DNA of 55,898 nt from Clostridia bacterium. Its GTDB lineage: Bacteria > Bacillota > Clostridia > Oscillospirales > CAG-272. Of the stretch, positions 36,580 to 47,045 are shown piece after piece. How positions within the stretch are numbered: the first letter of the stretch is position 1; each line of letters opens with the position of its first letter. Both the position numbers and the translations under genes were made by a program. The stretch is from positions 1 to 55,898 of the forward strand of contig JAFUPM010000038.1 in assembly GCA_017481225.1 (NCBI GenBank), read 5' to 3'. The notes beneath the pieces are model-generated. The model saw only the letters and a list, made by a program, of their open reading frames with translations, did no database searches and was not told the origin of the DNA.

Positions 36580-37248
36580 TCAATAGCCCTGAATATTCTT
36601 TTCAGCCTTGACTATCTTAACGATACGGCTGGTGCCGAGTCTCTCTGCTCCAAGCTCGAGGAATTTCTCCGCGTCCTCAAGAGAGGAGATGCCGCCTGCC
36701 GCCTTGATTTTAGTACCGCCCGAAACGTTAGCGGCGAACAGCTCAATGTCGTGTACCGTAGCACCTGCGGTAGAGAAGCCCGTGGAGGTTTTGATAAAGT
36801 CGGCGTCGGATTTCGACACAATCTCGCACATCTTGACCTTCTCCTCGTCGGTGAGCAGGCAGGTCTCGATTATAACCTTCAGAAGTCTGCCGTCGCAGGC
36901 TGCCTTTATGGCGTTAATCTCGGTGAGGATATCGTCGTATCTTTTCTCCTTAAGCATACCGATATTGATAACCATATCAATCTCATCTGCGCCGCGTCTT
37001 ACGGCATCGGCTGCCTCGTACGCCTTGACGCCCGTGGTGGAGTAGCCGTTGGGGAAGCCTATAACCGTGCAGATAGCCAGCTTGTCGCCGACGTACTGCT
37101 TAGCTCTCAGAACGAAGGAGGGGGGGATACATACGGAGGCTGTTCCGTACTTAATTCCGTCGTCGCATATAGCGCGGATATCGTCCCAGGTTGCACTCTG
37201 GGAAAGAAGTGTGTGGTCGCATGCGGAAAGTATTTTTTTGATGTCCAT
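36580..37248 (-). CDS. deoC: Deoxyribose-phosphate aldolase
   Basis: [36 protein letters not shown]. Confidence 0.96.
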   Translation of the reverse strand: MDIKKILSACDHTLLSQSATWDDIRAICDDGIKYGTASVCIPPSFVLRAKQYVGDKLAICTVIGFPNGYSTTGVKAYEAADAVRRGADEIDMVINIGMLKEKRYDDILTEINAIKAACDGRLLKVIIETCLLTDEEKVKMCEIVSKSDADFIKTSTGFSTAGATVHDIELFAANVSGGTKIKAAGGISSLEDAEKFLELGAERLGTSRIVKIVKAEKNIQGY

Positions 37249-37266
37249 TTTTATATTCTCCTAAGT

Positions 37267-37869
37267 TTAATTATTTTTTTCTTCTGATGCTTCTGCCTCG
37301 CGGCGGATTCTTTCGCGCCAGCACTTGTGGCACATTGCGACGTATCTGTCGTTACCTCCAAGGAACACCTGTCTGCCTCGGGTGACAACGCGACCCTCGC
37401 CGTCAATGCGGGCGTTAACTATAGCCTTCGAGCCGCAATCGCAGATAGTCTTTATCTCGGCGATAGAGTCCGCCACCTCGAACAGCCTTGCACTGCCGGG
37501 GAAGGTGTGGGTGAGGAAGTCGGTTCTGAGGCCGAAGCAAAGAACGGGGACGCTATGCTCGTCCACAATCCTGCGGAAAACGTCTATTTGCTCGGGCGTG
37601 AAGAACTGACACTCGTCGGCGATTATAACGTCCACCTCCGAGTGGCTCTCGGTGAAAATGCCGTAAAGGTCGTCACCTTTGGATATAGCCTGGCACTTCT
37701 CGGAAAGCCCGATGCGGGATTTGATAATATCGTCACCGTCTCTTGTGTCTGTGGCGGGCTTGATAAGCCACACCTTCATTCCTCGCTCCTCGTAGTTGAA
37801 CTTGGTTATCAGAACCTGGGCGGTTTTTGATGAGCCCATAGCTCCGTATTTGAAATACAGCTTCGCCAT
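37267..37869 (-). CDS. tdk: Thymidine kinase
   Basis: YGAMGSSKT, DECQF, GLRTDF, Zn motif CDCG...CHKC. Confidence 0.95.
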   Translation of the reverse strand: MAKLYFKYGAMGSSKTAQVLITKFNYEERGMKVWLIKPATDTRDGDDIIKSRIGLSEKCQAISKGDDLYGIFTESHSEVDVIIADECQFFTPEQIDVFRRIVDEHSVPVLCFGLRTDFLTHTFPGSARLFEVADSIAEIKTICDCGSKAIVNARIDGEGRVVTRGRQVFLGGNDRYVAMCHKCWRERIRREAEASEEKNN

Positions 37870-38299
37870 ATAATCCTCCGTCAGCTTCGCGGCAATGCGC
37901 GAAAGATATTGTCATACTCTATTTTACCATAAAATAGTTAAAAATGGAAGGGTTTTAAAAAATATATTTTGCGCGTGCATAGTTTTTTATAAAATACACC
38001 CGAAACGGCTTTTGCGTGTCCGTTGTGAGCTGAGAACAGGAAGGTCGGGTGAGCAAAACAAAAAAGGGGAGCGAAGAAGGTAAAAACACGGTACGGTAGA
38101 AAATAGGGAAAAATCAAAAAAATGTAAAATCTCAAAAAAGGTGTGGAAATTCTTTTCCGAATATGATACAATATATTAGTAACCGACAAAGACGGGAAGG
38201 GTATAGAGCCGACCCGTAGCACGGGCGGAGCTGTGTCTGCCTGAAAAAACGGAGAGCTGAGATGTCGGAACAGAAGAAATCAGAAAGGGGGAAGGTCGA

Positions 38300-40414
38300 G
38301 TGATTTTGATAATTGCGGAAAAGCCGAGCCTTGCGAGAAATATCGTCGCGGGTATCGGGGAGCGCTCGGAACGCTCCGACGGGTATATTACCTGCGGTAA
38401 TTATATAGTATCCTGGGCGTTCGGTCACCTGTTCTCCCTTAAGGATATAGAGCATTACAATCCTACGGAAAGCACCAAGTGGACCCTTGACAATCTCCCC
38501 TGCTTCCCCGAAAAATTCGAGTTTGAGCTGCGTCGCGCAGATGGCAAAAAGACGGTTGACGGAGGTGTCAAAAAGCAGTTCGAAACTATAAAGAAGCTCT
38601 GTAACCGCCCCGACGTTGACACCATAGTAAACGCAGGAGACGCGGACCGAGAGGGAGAAATAATAGTCAGACTTTGTATAGATAACGCCCTTAAAACGGA
38701 AAAGCGGCAGCTTCGCCTCTGGCTCCCTGACCAGACACCCGAGACGGTCTCACGCGCTCTCACCGAGATGAAGGAGGAGCGTGAGTACGATAATCTTGCG
38801 GGCGAGGGCTACGCCAGAACCTATATAGATTGGCTCTACGGAGTTAACCTTACAAGGTACGCATCTATTATGACGGGCAAGCTTCTGAGGGTCGGCAGAG
38901 TTATTGCTCCCATCGTTCGCGCTATATATGACCGCGATATGGAGATACGCAATTTTAAACCCGAAAAATACTACGTAATCAAAAGCTCCGAGGAGACAAA
39001 CGGAGAGAAAATTGAGCTTGTAAGTAAGCTAAAGTTTACAAAAGACCAGATTTCCGAGGCAAGCGAGACGGCAGAAAGGTATAACGCCGAGGGCGCGGTT
39101 GTCACTCACGTTGAGAGTAAAAAGGACAGCATAAACCCGGGAAAGCTCTTCTCTCTTTCCACTCTCCAGAACGTCCTTGGCGACAAATACAAGATGTCGA
39201 TGACCGACAGCTTGAAGATAATACAGAAGCTCTACGAGGAGGGCTATCTCACCTACCCGAGAACCAACTCGGAGTATCTTGCCACAGCGGAGAAGGATAA
39301 GATGAAAACCATCATATCCAATATATCAAAGCTTGGTTATCCCGTTCGCTTCAAGGACTCAAAGACTATATTTGACGACACAAAAATTGAGGCGCACTCC
39401 GCCCTTACTCCAACCTATAAAATTCCGCCGAAGGAGAAGCTTACCCCAGACGAGTCGAAGGTTTACTCCACGGTGTTCCGCCGCTTTGTAGCAGTATTCT
39501 GCGCCGAGCCCTGTGTCGCGGAGAAAAGCGAGATAAAAATTAAGGTGGGCGAGCTTGAGGAGTTTTCTCTTAAGGGAACGGTTATCCTTGAGCTCGGCTG
39601 GACCAAGTACGACGATTATAATAAGAAGGATAAAATTTTACCAAGACTTTCGGTTGGCGATGCTGTCAATATCGCCTTCGCCCCCGACGAGAAGGAAACC
39701 ACACCGCCGAAGCACTACACCATAACCACCCTCAACAACTACTTGAAAAATCCCTTCAAGGACGACAAGGCGAGGGCAAAGGAGCTGGAGGAATCGGGCG
39801 AGGTTGACGATGCGGAGGATTACCGCGCAATCTTCGAGGGCTTGGAGCTTGGCACTGAGGCAACGCGCTCGGGAATTATCGAGAATGCCAAAAAGAGTGG
39901 GTATATAGAGTTAAAGAAGGATACCTATAAAATTCTTCCCGGCGGCGAGCATTTTATCGAATCTCTCGGCAGGCTTTCCATAAGTATGGATAAGTACAAG
40001 ACAAGCGAGCTTGGCAAGGCACTTAAGCGAGTATATCGCGGAGAGATGACCGTCGACGAGAGCGTGAAGCTTGCGCAGAATGAAATTGCCGCAGTGTTCC
40101 AGCGAGGCGGCAAGCCCGTTGTGGGCGTTGATACGGGCAGCTACGGTGACGGTGTCGGCTACTGTCCCAAATGCGGCAGAGGCGTAGTTCGCGGCAAGTT
40201 CAACTACGGTTGTATGGGCTACAGCGACGGCTGCAATTTCCGCATAGGAGTCAACATCTGCCACAGAGATATTCCCATAGATGAGGTTCGCCGACTTCTT
40301 GCCACGGGCTCAACGGTGAACCTTGACGGCTTTATCTCGAAAAACGGCAAGCGCTTTTCTGCGAGGCTTGTTATCAAGGACGGAAACGCCGTCTTTGATT
40401 TTAACGGAAGATAA
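38300..40414 (+). CDS. topB: Type IA DNA topoisomerase (topoisomerase III-like)
   Basis: IAEKPS, DADREGE, catalytic TYPRT, GTEATR, C-terminal Zn ribbon and FISKNGKRF repeat. Confidence 0.88.
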   Translation: MILIIAEKPSLARNIVAGIGERSERSDGYITCGNYIVSWAFGHLFSLKDIEHYNPTESTKWTLDNLPCFPEKFEFELRRADGKKTVDGGVKKQFETIKKLCNRPDVDTIVNAGDADREGEIIVRLCIDNALKTEKRQLRLWLPDQTPETVSRALTEMKEEREYDNLAGEGYARTYIDWLYGVNLTRYASIMTGKLLRVGRVIAPIVRAIYDRDMEIRNFKPEKYYVIKSSEETNGEKIELVSKLKFTKDQISEASETAERYNAEGAVVTHVESKKDSINPGKLFSLSTLQNVLGDKYKMSMTDSLKIIQKLYEEGYLTYPRTNSEYLATAEKDKMKTIISNISKLGYPVRFKDSKTIFDDTKIEAHSALTPTYKIPPKEKLTPDESKVYSTVFRRFVAVFCAEPCVAEKSEIKIKVGELEEFSLKGTVILELGWTKYDDYNKKDKILPRLSVGDAVNIAFAPDEKETTPPKHYTITTLNNYLKNPFKDDKARAKELEESGEVDDAEDYRAIFEGLELGTEATRSGIIENAKKSGYIELKKDTYKILPGGEHFIESLGRLSISMDKYKTSELGKALKRVYRGEMTVDESVKLAQNEIAAVFQRGGKPVVGVDTGSYGDGVGYCPKCGRGVVRGKFNYGCMGYSDGCNFRIGVNICHRDIPIDEVRRLLATGSTVNLDGFISKNGKRFSARLVIKDGNAVFDFNGR

Positions 40415-40499
40415 AATATCAAGAACGTTTTTTCTCCTCCGACATAACATAATAGTGTAAGCGCACAGTCGCTGAAACAGACATTTCGGAGGAAACATA

Positions 40500-40598
40500 A
40501 TGAACAACAACTGCTTATGCCACATCTTTGACGACAACTGCACCTGGATTATCATTCTCGCCATAGTTATCGTATTTTGCTGCTGCTGCCACAACTGA
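40500..40598 (+). CDS. 32-aa Cys-rich hydrophobic micropeptide (missing from the ORF track)
   Basis: MNNNCLCHIFDDNCTWIIILAIVIVFCCCCHN; CGGAGG RBS; hairpin directly after the stop. Confidence 0.72.
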   Translation: MNNNCLCHIFDDNCTWIIILAIVIVFCCCCHN

Positions 40599-40734
40599 CA
40601 GTCACGCAGGGTAAGGCGTGACACAATTCGTCACCCCTTCGACCTTTGGCTCTGAGCATTGACAGCGTCCCCGCCTCCTTGAAGAAGTGACGCGCGGTGC
40701 GAAAGAATTTTGGCATAACCTAATAGAATAAGAG

Positions 40735-40775
40735 CAAAACGGCGCGCCTGCAATAAATAGGCGCGCTGTTTTTGC
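40735..40775 (+). terminator. Putative terminator downstream of the micropeptide
   Basis: AAAACGGCGCGCCT...AGGCGCGCTGTTTTT. Confidence 0.6.
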
Positions 40776-40916
40776 GTAGCGGTATCAACAAAAGTCACTA
40801 TGCGAAGCGGCAATTTATTGAGCCTTGAAAAATAGGCGAAGAACAATCCATTGATATAGCATAATAATCACCTCTCGTAAATATACTTTAGTAATAATAA
40901 ATGAGGGGAGACTTAT

Positions 40917-41405
40917 ATGTTTATATATGCCGTAAGGGCTAGGACGGTTAAATTTTTCGGCTTGGTTATTTTGGTTTGCGCGCTGGTTTTGGGAGTTGTA
41001 ATCTTTGGAGGCGAGGCATCTGTCAGCGCCTCGGCATCGGGCGGCGAGATTGATTTCAGCGGAATTAAGACTAACGAGGACAGAGTGAAATTTATTGAGA
41101 GCTTCGGCTTGAAGGTTGACTCAGAGCCTCTTGAGGAGGACGCCTTCGCTATGCCCGAGAACTTTGACAGAGTAATACTTGGCTACAACGAGCTGCAGAA
41201 AAAGCAGGGGCTTGACCTTTCCAAATACGCGAAAAAGCGAGTCACCAGGTACACCTACAAGGTGACAAACTACGATTATGAGGGCGAGGTTATGGCTAAT
41301 CTTTTCGTCTGGAGAGGGAAGATTGTAGCCTGCGACGTATCCTCCCTTGACCCCGAGGGCTTCGTTTTGCCCCTTACCTTAGTTGATAGAGCAAGCCTGA
41401 AATAA
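40917..41405 (+). CDS. DUF4830-like membrane-anchored protein
   Basis: N-terminal TM; YNELQKKQGLDLSKY...RYTYKVTNY recalls DUF4830. Confidence 0.75.
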   Translation: MFIYAVRARTVKFFGLVILVCALVLGVVIFGGEASVSASASGGEIDFSGIKTNEDRVKFIESFGLKVDSEPLEEDAFAMPENFDRVILGYNELQKKQGLDLSKYAKKRVTRYTYKVTNYDYEGEVMANLFVWRGKIVACDVSSLDPEGFVLPLTLVDRASLK

Positions 41406-41484
41406 GGGGTTACATAAAGGCGAAAAAAGCAAAACAAATATTCAAATAGTAAAAATGTAACCTCAAGGAAAATAAATAGAAAAA

Positions 41485-41520
41485 GCCCCATATTGCAAAC
41501 TAAACTTTGCAATATGGGGT
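41485..41520. terminator. Hairpin between convergent genes
   Basis: CCCCATATTGCAAA/TTTGCAATATGGGG. Confidence 0.65.
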
Positions 41521-41524
41521 AAAA

Positions 41525-42304
41525 TTATGCAAAAATCTGTAAAAATCCAACTACACCATAAGAGGCGAGGCACATAATAACACCCGAAATGAGAACTCCG
41601 AGAGTGACGGCTAAGAAGGACTTTCTCTTCGGTAGACCGAAAAGCGCCGCTACAAGAGAGCCGGTCCAGGCGCCCGTGCCGGGCAGGGGAATTGCAACGA
41701 ACAGAGTCAAAGCCCAGAACACCGCAGTACTCATAGCCCTATGAGAGGATTTGAATTGCTTTTCTGCTCTCGCGCTGTCGGCTGCCGCAAGCTCTGCGCC
41801 CTCGGCTGCTACGGCATCTTTGCTCTTTATTGTTGTAGGTTTCGCGCCTTCAGCTGTCAATGCTTTTTCGCTCTTGTTTGCTGAAAGCTCTGCGCTATCA
41901 GCTACCGTGGCTTCTGCGACCTCGGTTGCAGTGAGTTCTACACTATCGGTTGCCGCGGCTTCTGCGCTGTCGGTTGCCCCAAGCTCCGCACTCTCACTCT
42001 CCGTACCCTCTACAAGTACCCTTGAGGAATGCTTATCTGCCTTTCTTCTCAACCAATCCACAAGGGGCTTCGTTCGTTTGAAGCGAGAGAGAAAGTCCAG
42101 AAATTTGGAAATGAAAAGCAGAATAAACGGAATAGGAATAAGGTTTCCGATAACGCTGCAAATATAGTTTGTGTAGAAGGGCATTCCTAACCCTGCGCCA
42201 AGAGGTATCGAACCCCTTAGCTCAACTATGGGGAACAGAGAGACTACCAGAACGTATAGCTCCTCGGGTAAGGATGCGAAGAAATCAATAATTATCTCCG
42301 ACAA
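41525..42304 (-). CDS. Small multi-drug export family protein (COG2426) with an Ala/Glu-rich insertion
   Basis: PIVELRGSIP and FVAIPLPGTGAWTG signatures. Confidence 0.85.
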   Translation of the reverse strand: MSEIIIDFFASLPEELYVLVVSLFPIVELRGSIPLGAGLGMPFYTNYICSVIGNLIPIPFILLFISKFLDFLSRFKRTKPLVDWLRRKADKHSSRVLVEGTESESAELGATDSAEAAATDSVELTATEVAEATVADSAELSANKSEKALTAEGAKPTTIKSKDAVAAEGAELAAADSARAEKQFKSSHRAMSTAVFWALTLFVAIPLPGTGAWTGSLVAALFGLPKRKSFLAVTLGVLISGVIMCLASYGVVGFLQIFA

Positions 42305-42476
42305 GCCTGCCTTCTCCTTTCAAGGTTATATGTACTTTGCCAAAAGGGCGGGGACGTGTCCGAATTTTTAGTCATATTGAGTGATACGCAAGGCGTTCGG
42401 CTCGCTTTGAACTTTCGTTCGTCTATCCGTGTGGTGTGGACGTGTGCTGAGCCTTTACGCGCCTTGCGCGAAGGGC

Positions 42477-43694
42477 TTACCAGTACTTTTTCCAATCGGG
42501 CTTGAGGTAGCGAAGGAGTGCTTCGAGGTAGAAGTAGTCGCCGTAAATCGCGCACTCGTCAACGCCCTGACCCTGGGGCTTCGCGTGGGTAACGTGGCAG
42601 ATAAGTCCGTCGTACTTCGTGCCAATATCACCTGTGCAATTGTCGATAACCGCCTCCAGCATCTGTGCGCCTGCGCTCTCGTATATCGCCTTATCGGGGT
42701 CACCGTCCTCGAGGAAACGGCACATTTCGTGGAGTCCGCAGACTGAAATGCAAGCCGCGGAGCTGTCGCGGGGCTGAGTACCGCCGACGAAGTCATAATC
42801 CCAATAGGGAATAAAGTCCTCGGGAAGGTGGTTAAGCATAAAGTAGGTAACGTCGCGGTGAACCCTCTTCATAAACTCCTCACCCGTATAGGAGTAGGCG
42901 ATGGGGAAGCCGTATACGCCCCAGGAGTGACCGCGGGACCAGCAGGACTCGTCGCCAAAGCCCTGAAGAGTAACGCCGTGAAGGGGTGCGCTGGTCTCGG
43001 GGTCGAACTGATAATGGTGATAGGAGGAGCCGTCGCAGCGAATGAGGTTCTCCTCGGTGGTTCTGACGTGGTCAATACCTGCCTGCTTATACTCCTCGTT
43101 GCCTGTTACCTCTGCTGCCCAGAAGAAGAAGGGAACGTTCATAAGCGAGTCCATCATAGTGCGGTAGCCGTAAGCGTGACCCGCCCTCCAGGATTTGTGA
43201 GACCTGATTATGAACTTACCTTCCTTGGAGTAGCTGGTGTTATAGTAGTAATCAAACACCTTAAGTGCGGTTTCCTTAGCAAGCTCGTTGCCTGTCACCT
43301 TATAGGTAGAGACACAGCCGGGCATATAAACGAAGCCAACGTCGTGGTCGTCAAGACCGCGCATAGACTCAAATCTTTCAACGTAGGTGGGTAAGTGCTG
43401 CTCGAGAGCAACCTGTTTGAAGAACTCGTCTCCCGTAAGCTCGTATGCGAGCCAGAAGCAGCCGGTATACATACCCGACTCCCAGTTTCTGTTCTGACCG
43501 AGGCCGGGAGCTGTCAAGCCCTTTTTATAGCTAAACTGAACAGAGCAGGTAGCGGGGAAGTCAGCGCCGTCTCTTTCAACTCGCTCCTTAAGCTTCGCGC
43601 AGGCCGCCTTTGCTGCCGCCTCCAGCTTTTCTCTCGGGATTACGTGGGGCTTTGCAAAGCGCTCTGGCCTTTCAAGTCTGAGTTTTCTTTCCAT
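42477..43694 (-). CDS. GH88 unsaturated glucuronyl hydrolase
   Basis: WESG..GCFW, DHDVGF, MDSLMN, WSRGHSW, DSSA, YGDYFYLE; start at ATG 43694. Confidence 0.9.
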   Translation of the reverse strand: MERKLRLERPERFAKPHVIPREKLEAAAKAACAKLKERVERDGADFPATCSVQFSYKKGLTAPGLGQNRNWESGMYTGCFWLAYELTGDEFFKQVALEQHLPTYVERFESMRGLDDHDVGFVYMPGCVSTYKVTGNELAKETALKVFDYYYNTSYSKEGKFIIRSHKSWRAGHAYGYRTMMDSLMNVPFFFWAAEVTGNEEYKQAGIDHVRTTEENLIRCDGSSYHHYQFDPETSAPLHGVTLQGFGDESCWSRGHSWGVYGFPIAYSYTGEEFMKRVHRDVTYFMLNHLPEDFIPYWDYDFVGGTQPRDSSAACISVCGLHEMCRFLEDGDPDKAIYESAGAQMLEAVIDNCTGDIGTKYDGLICHVTHAKPQGQGVDECAIYGDYFYLEALLRYLKPDWKKYW

Positions 43695-43822
43695 AATGCG
43701 TCTCCTTGATTGTAAATAATAGTAAAAAACAATGATAATCGGTGAAAAACGCGCAAAAAGCTTGTAGTTTTGCGCCGAGTAACCGTATATTTGCACCCTG
43801 GTTTACGGGTGCCTCAAGTGTT

Positions 43823-43934
43823 AGTATACCATATATATTATGGTTTGTAAAGCCTTTTTTGCTTTTTTATTAATATAAATATTTAGTTACTTTTGCGTCT
43901 ACGACTTGACAAGCAAACTGCACTGTGATAAAAT
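43823..43934. promoter_or_regulatory. Divergent sigma-A promoters for GH88 and MATE
   Basis: Minus strand TTTACA-N17-TATACT (43823-43851); plus strand TTGACA-N17-TAAAAT (43906-43934). Confidence 0.75.
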
Positions 43935-43984
43935 ACGTTGGTAGAATAGCGCAGTCTTTAAAGCGCTTAAGGGTCGGTGATATA

Positions 43985-45370
43985 ATGAAGCAATATACAA
44001 CGGATTTCACGCAGGGGAAGGTTACCCCCGCGTTAATAAAATTTGCAACTCCTCTGTTTATGGCAAGCCTTTTGCAGGTGTTCTACAATATGGCGGATAT
44101 GGTCATTGTAGGACAGGTTATGGGAAAGGTCGGACTGTCAGCCGTTGCAGTAGGAGGCGACGTTTCCAACTTTTTAGCCTTTATTGCTATGGGCTTTTCC
44201 GCGGCGGGGCAGGTTATTATTTCAAAAATGCTTGGAGAAGGCAGGCGCGATAAGCTCTCCGCCTTCATAGGCACTATGTGCAGCTTCCTAGCTCTGTCTG
44301 CAATTGCCTTCACGGTAATCGGTTACGTTTTCCGCGACCTTCTTTTGAAGCTTATGAACACCCCTGCCGAGGCGGAGGGCGAAGCCTTGGCTTACGCCAC
44401 GGTATGCATATTCGGAATGGTGTTCATCTATGGCTATAACGCTATGAGCGCTATCCTGCGCGGTATGGGCGACTCGAAGCACCCCTTTATATTTATAGCC
44501 ATATCCTCGGTAATTAACGTTGTTTTAGATATAATACTCGTAGTATTTTGCGGCATGGGTGCTATGGGTGCCGCCGTCGCCACGGTTATCAGCCAGGCTG
44601 TGAGCCTTATTCTGTGCGTCATCTTCGTCTATAAAAAACGCGCAAGCTACGGGCTTGACTTCAAGGGTGGGGACTTCCTTATTCAGCTCGAGCATCTTGT
44701 GCGACTTTTAAAGCTCGGTATACCTATGGCAATTAAGTTTGCTGCAATACAGCTCTCCCGTCTTTTCGTCAATTCCTTCATCAACACCTTCGGCGTTACG
44801 GTATCCGCGTTCTCGGCTGTTGCGAATAAAATTAACAGCATCTCGAACCTCATTTCCAACGCCTTCAACACCGCGGGCTCCTCTATGGTAGCTCAGAATA
44901 TCGGAGCTAAAAAATACGAGCGAGTACCCCGAATTCTCTACACGGTAGGGGGGATAACCTGCAGTGTGGCTATAATTTTAAGCCTTACAACCGTCATTTT
45001 CCCCGACCTTGTATTCGGTATATTCACAAGCGACGCCGACGTTATCGAGGTCGGCTACAGCTACCTTCCCGTGGCTGTGATAATTTTCTTCGGCTCGGCA
45101 TTGCGCGCTATTGCAAACGCCCTTATTAACGGTACGGGTAATACTGTAATAAATTTCGCTACAGCAATACTCGACGGCTTGGTTTTACGCATCGGATTTT
45201 CGCTACTGTTCGGTATCGTGCTGGGTATGGATGCCGTCGGCTTCTGGCTTGGCGATGCTCTCGCAGGACTCACCCCCTTCGTTATCGGAGTCGTGTTCTA
45301 TCTGAGCGGCTCCTGGAGAAAGGATAAATCACGCCCCGAAAAGGAAAAAGCGCAAAAAATCTCGGCGTAA
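43985..45370 (+). CDS. MATE family efflux transporter
   Basis: LQVFYNMADMVIVG, LRGMGDSKHP, NVVLD, GAAVATVISQ, QNIGA. Confidence 0.93.
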   Translation: MKQYTTDFTQGKVTPALIKFATPLFMASLLQVFYNMADMVIVGQVMGKVGLSAVAVGGDVSNFLAFIAMGFSAAGQVIISKMLGEGRRDKLSAFIGTMCSFLALSAIAFTVIGYVFRDLLLKLMNTPAEAEGEALAYATVCIFGMVFIYGYNAMSAILRGMGDSKHPFIFIAISSVINVVLDIILVVFCGMGAMGAAVATVISQAVSLILCVIFVYKKRASYGLDFKGGDFLIQLEHLVRLLKLGIPMAIKFAAIQLSRLFVNSFINTFGVTVSAFSAVANKINSISNLISNAFNTAGSSMVAQNIGAKKYERVPRILYTVGGITCSVAIILSLTTVIFPDLVFGIFTSDADVIEVGYSYLPVAVIIFFGSALRAIANALINGTGNTVINFATAILDGLVLRIGFSLLFGIVLGMDAVGFWLGDALAGLTPFVIGVVFYLSGSWRKDKSRPEKEKAQKISA

Positions 45371-45480
45371 TAAAAGCCGAAGCTCTGACCGTTTTAAGAT
45401 GGACTAAATAGTCCTCTCATAAAAACTTTTTGCCCTTCAAGATTGATTTAATCAATAATCAACTTCCACATAAATGCTTT

Positions 45481-45511
45481 AGGGACTGCCTGTTGCGGCA
45501 GTCCCTTTTTT
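45481..45511 (+). terminator. Intrinsic terminator after MATE
   Basis: AGGGACTGCC-tgttgc-GGCAGTCCCT followed by a T run. Confidence 0.85.
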
Positions 45512-45558
45512 ATTAAAAATTCAAAGATTTGATTATAACTATTTACATTTTATTGCGT

Positions 45559-46419
45559 TTACAGCCCTATACCCCGTATAATGTCCATAGTCTTTAGACT
45601 ACAACCATTGTATTCAAGCTCGTCCTTTTCAAAGGGGAGGGGTGCGTGAGAGTCTAGCCTTATTAAGGAGATGTTGCGGAGTATATCCTCTCTGTGACCC
45701 TCAATTAACTCGCGGTACCTTTTGTTCTCGATTTTGTGGCTGTCACGAAGCAAATCTTCTATATGTCCGTATGTATTTATTAGTTTTGCGGCAGTTTTGG
45801 GCCCGATACCCGACACACCGCGTATATTGTCTGCGCTGTCTCCAAACAACGCCTTTGCATCGGCGTAATGGGTGGGCGGAATACCGAATTTATCTCTGAC
45901 GTACTCCTCGTCGCACAGCACCGAGCTATCTCCTCTATACCTGATAATTCGGACACTTGGTGACACAAGCTGGAAATAGTCGCTATCGTGAGAGGAGATA
46001 CAGACCTGCATATTCTCCCCATACCTTATAGCATAGGAGGCTATTACGTCGTCACATTCACACTCCACCGCCTCGGTGTGACATATCCCCATATAGTCGA
46101 GGGCGCGATAAATGTCCGGTAGGGCTGTAAAGGGATTTTTCTCCTCTGGCAGCTCTGAGTAGTCGGGACGGTTAGCCTTGTACTCCTCCAGAAGCTCGCA
46201 TCTCGGGTTGTGGGTTTCGCTGTCAAATATTACTGCAAGGTGGGTAGGGCTTGTCATTTTTATAAGCTTCAGCACAGCTCCCACAAAGCCTATTGCAGCC
46301 CGTATGTCCTTTCCGTCCCGAGAAGGAATTTTTGCAGGCATACCGTAGAACATCTGGAAGAGCAGGTGATGCCCGTCTATGAGCAAAAGCCTACCACGTG
46401 TCTCAATTTTCTCTTTCAT
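45559..46419 (-). CDS. Stand-alone 5'-3' exonuclease / flap endonuclease (PolA N-terminal-like)
   Basis: LLIDG, YKANR, ECDDVI, DSDYFQL, GDSADNIRGVSGIGPKTA (H3TH). Confidence 0.92.
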   Translation of the reverse strand: MKEKIETRGRLLLIDGHHLLFQMFYGMPAKIPSRDGKDIRAAIGFVGAVLKLIKMTSPTHLAVIFDSETHNPRCELLEEYKANRPDYSELPEEKNPFTALPDIYRALDYMGICHTEAVECECDDVIASYAIRYGENMQVCISSHDSDYFQLVSPSVRIIRYRGDSSVLCDEEYVRDKFGIPPTHYADAKALFGDSADNIRGVSGIGPKTAAKLINTYGHIEDLLRDSHKIENKRYRELIEGHREDILRNISLIRLDSHAPLPFEKDELEYNGCSLKTMDIIRGIGL

Positions 46420-46847
46420 TTCTTTAGTGAAACGATATTTGCCACAAGGGCTACGGCTGAGATAAACGTGAGTATAAGCGAGATTATCATACCGCCTCTC
46501 AGCCCTGCGTCAAGCATAAATGCCACACTCATCAGTGCCGCGCAAATGACGAACAAAACGTCGAAAACAATACACGCCACCACAGCTCCGCGACCTCCAC
46601 GCTTCAGCGCAACGCACCGCAGGACCAGGGGTACAAGCTCTATTATCATAACCGACAGAGCTATAATGGCAAAGACCAAAAGCAGAGCCATACCAAGCCC
46701 TGCGCCCAGGCCCTCCCAGCCCTCGTAATCTCCGCCTCTTAGGGCAAGGGAAGAGAAAAAGCATATTGCAGCAAGCACTAAAGAAGCCGCCGCCGCGGAG
46801 ATATAGCAGGCGAGGGCAACCCCTCCCCAAAGATTTTTTCTTCTCAT
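46416..46847 (-). CDS. Hypothetical 4-TM membrane protein
   Basis: Four hydrophobic helices; AAGGAG RBS; ATGA overlap with the exonuclease gene. Confidence 0.72.
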   Translation of the reverse strand: MRRKNLWGGVALACYISAAAASLVLAAICFFSSLALRGGDYEGWEGLGAGLGMALLLVFAIIALSVMIIELVPLVLRCVALKRGGRGAVVACIVFDVLFVICAALMSVAFMLDAGLRGGMIISLILTFISAVALVANIVSLKK

Positions 46848-47045
46848 TTCTTTCTCCTTTTGATGTAGTTTAGAGTTTTGTGAATAGGAGCAAATATTTG
46901 CCCGATTTTCTGTAAATCTCGCCTGAAAGCAAGACTTATCCCGATAGAACCGAAGGCGATAGCGCTGATTTCTGACAGCCTTGGTTCAAAGCTTTGAATA
47001 TGATTTTTAATTTCTATTGAACAAGAGCCTTGAGCTGACAGAGCT

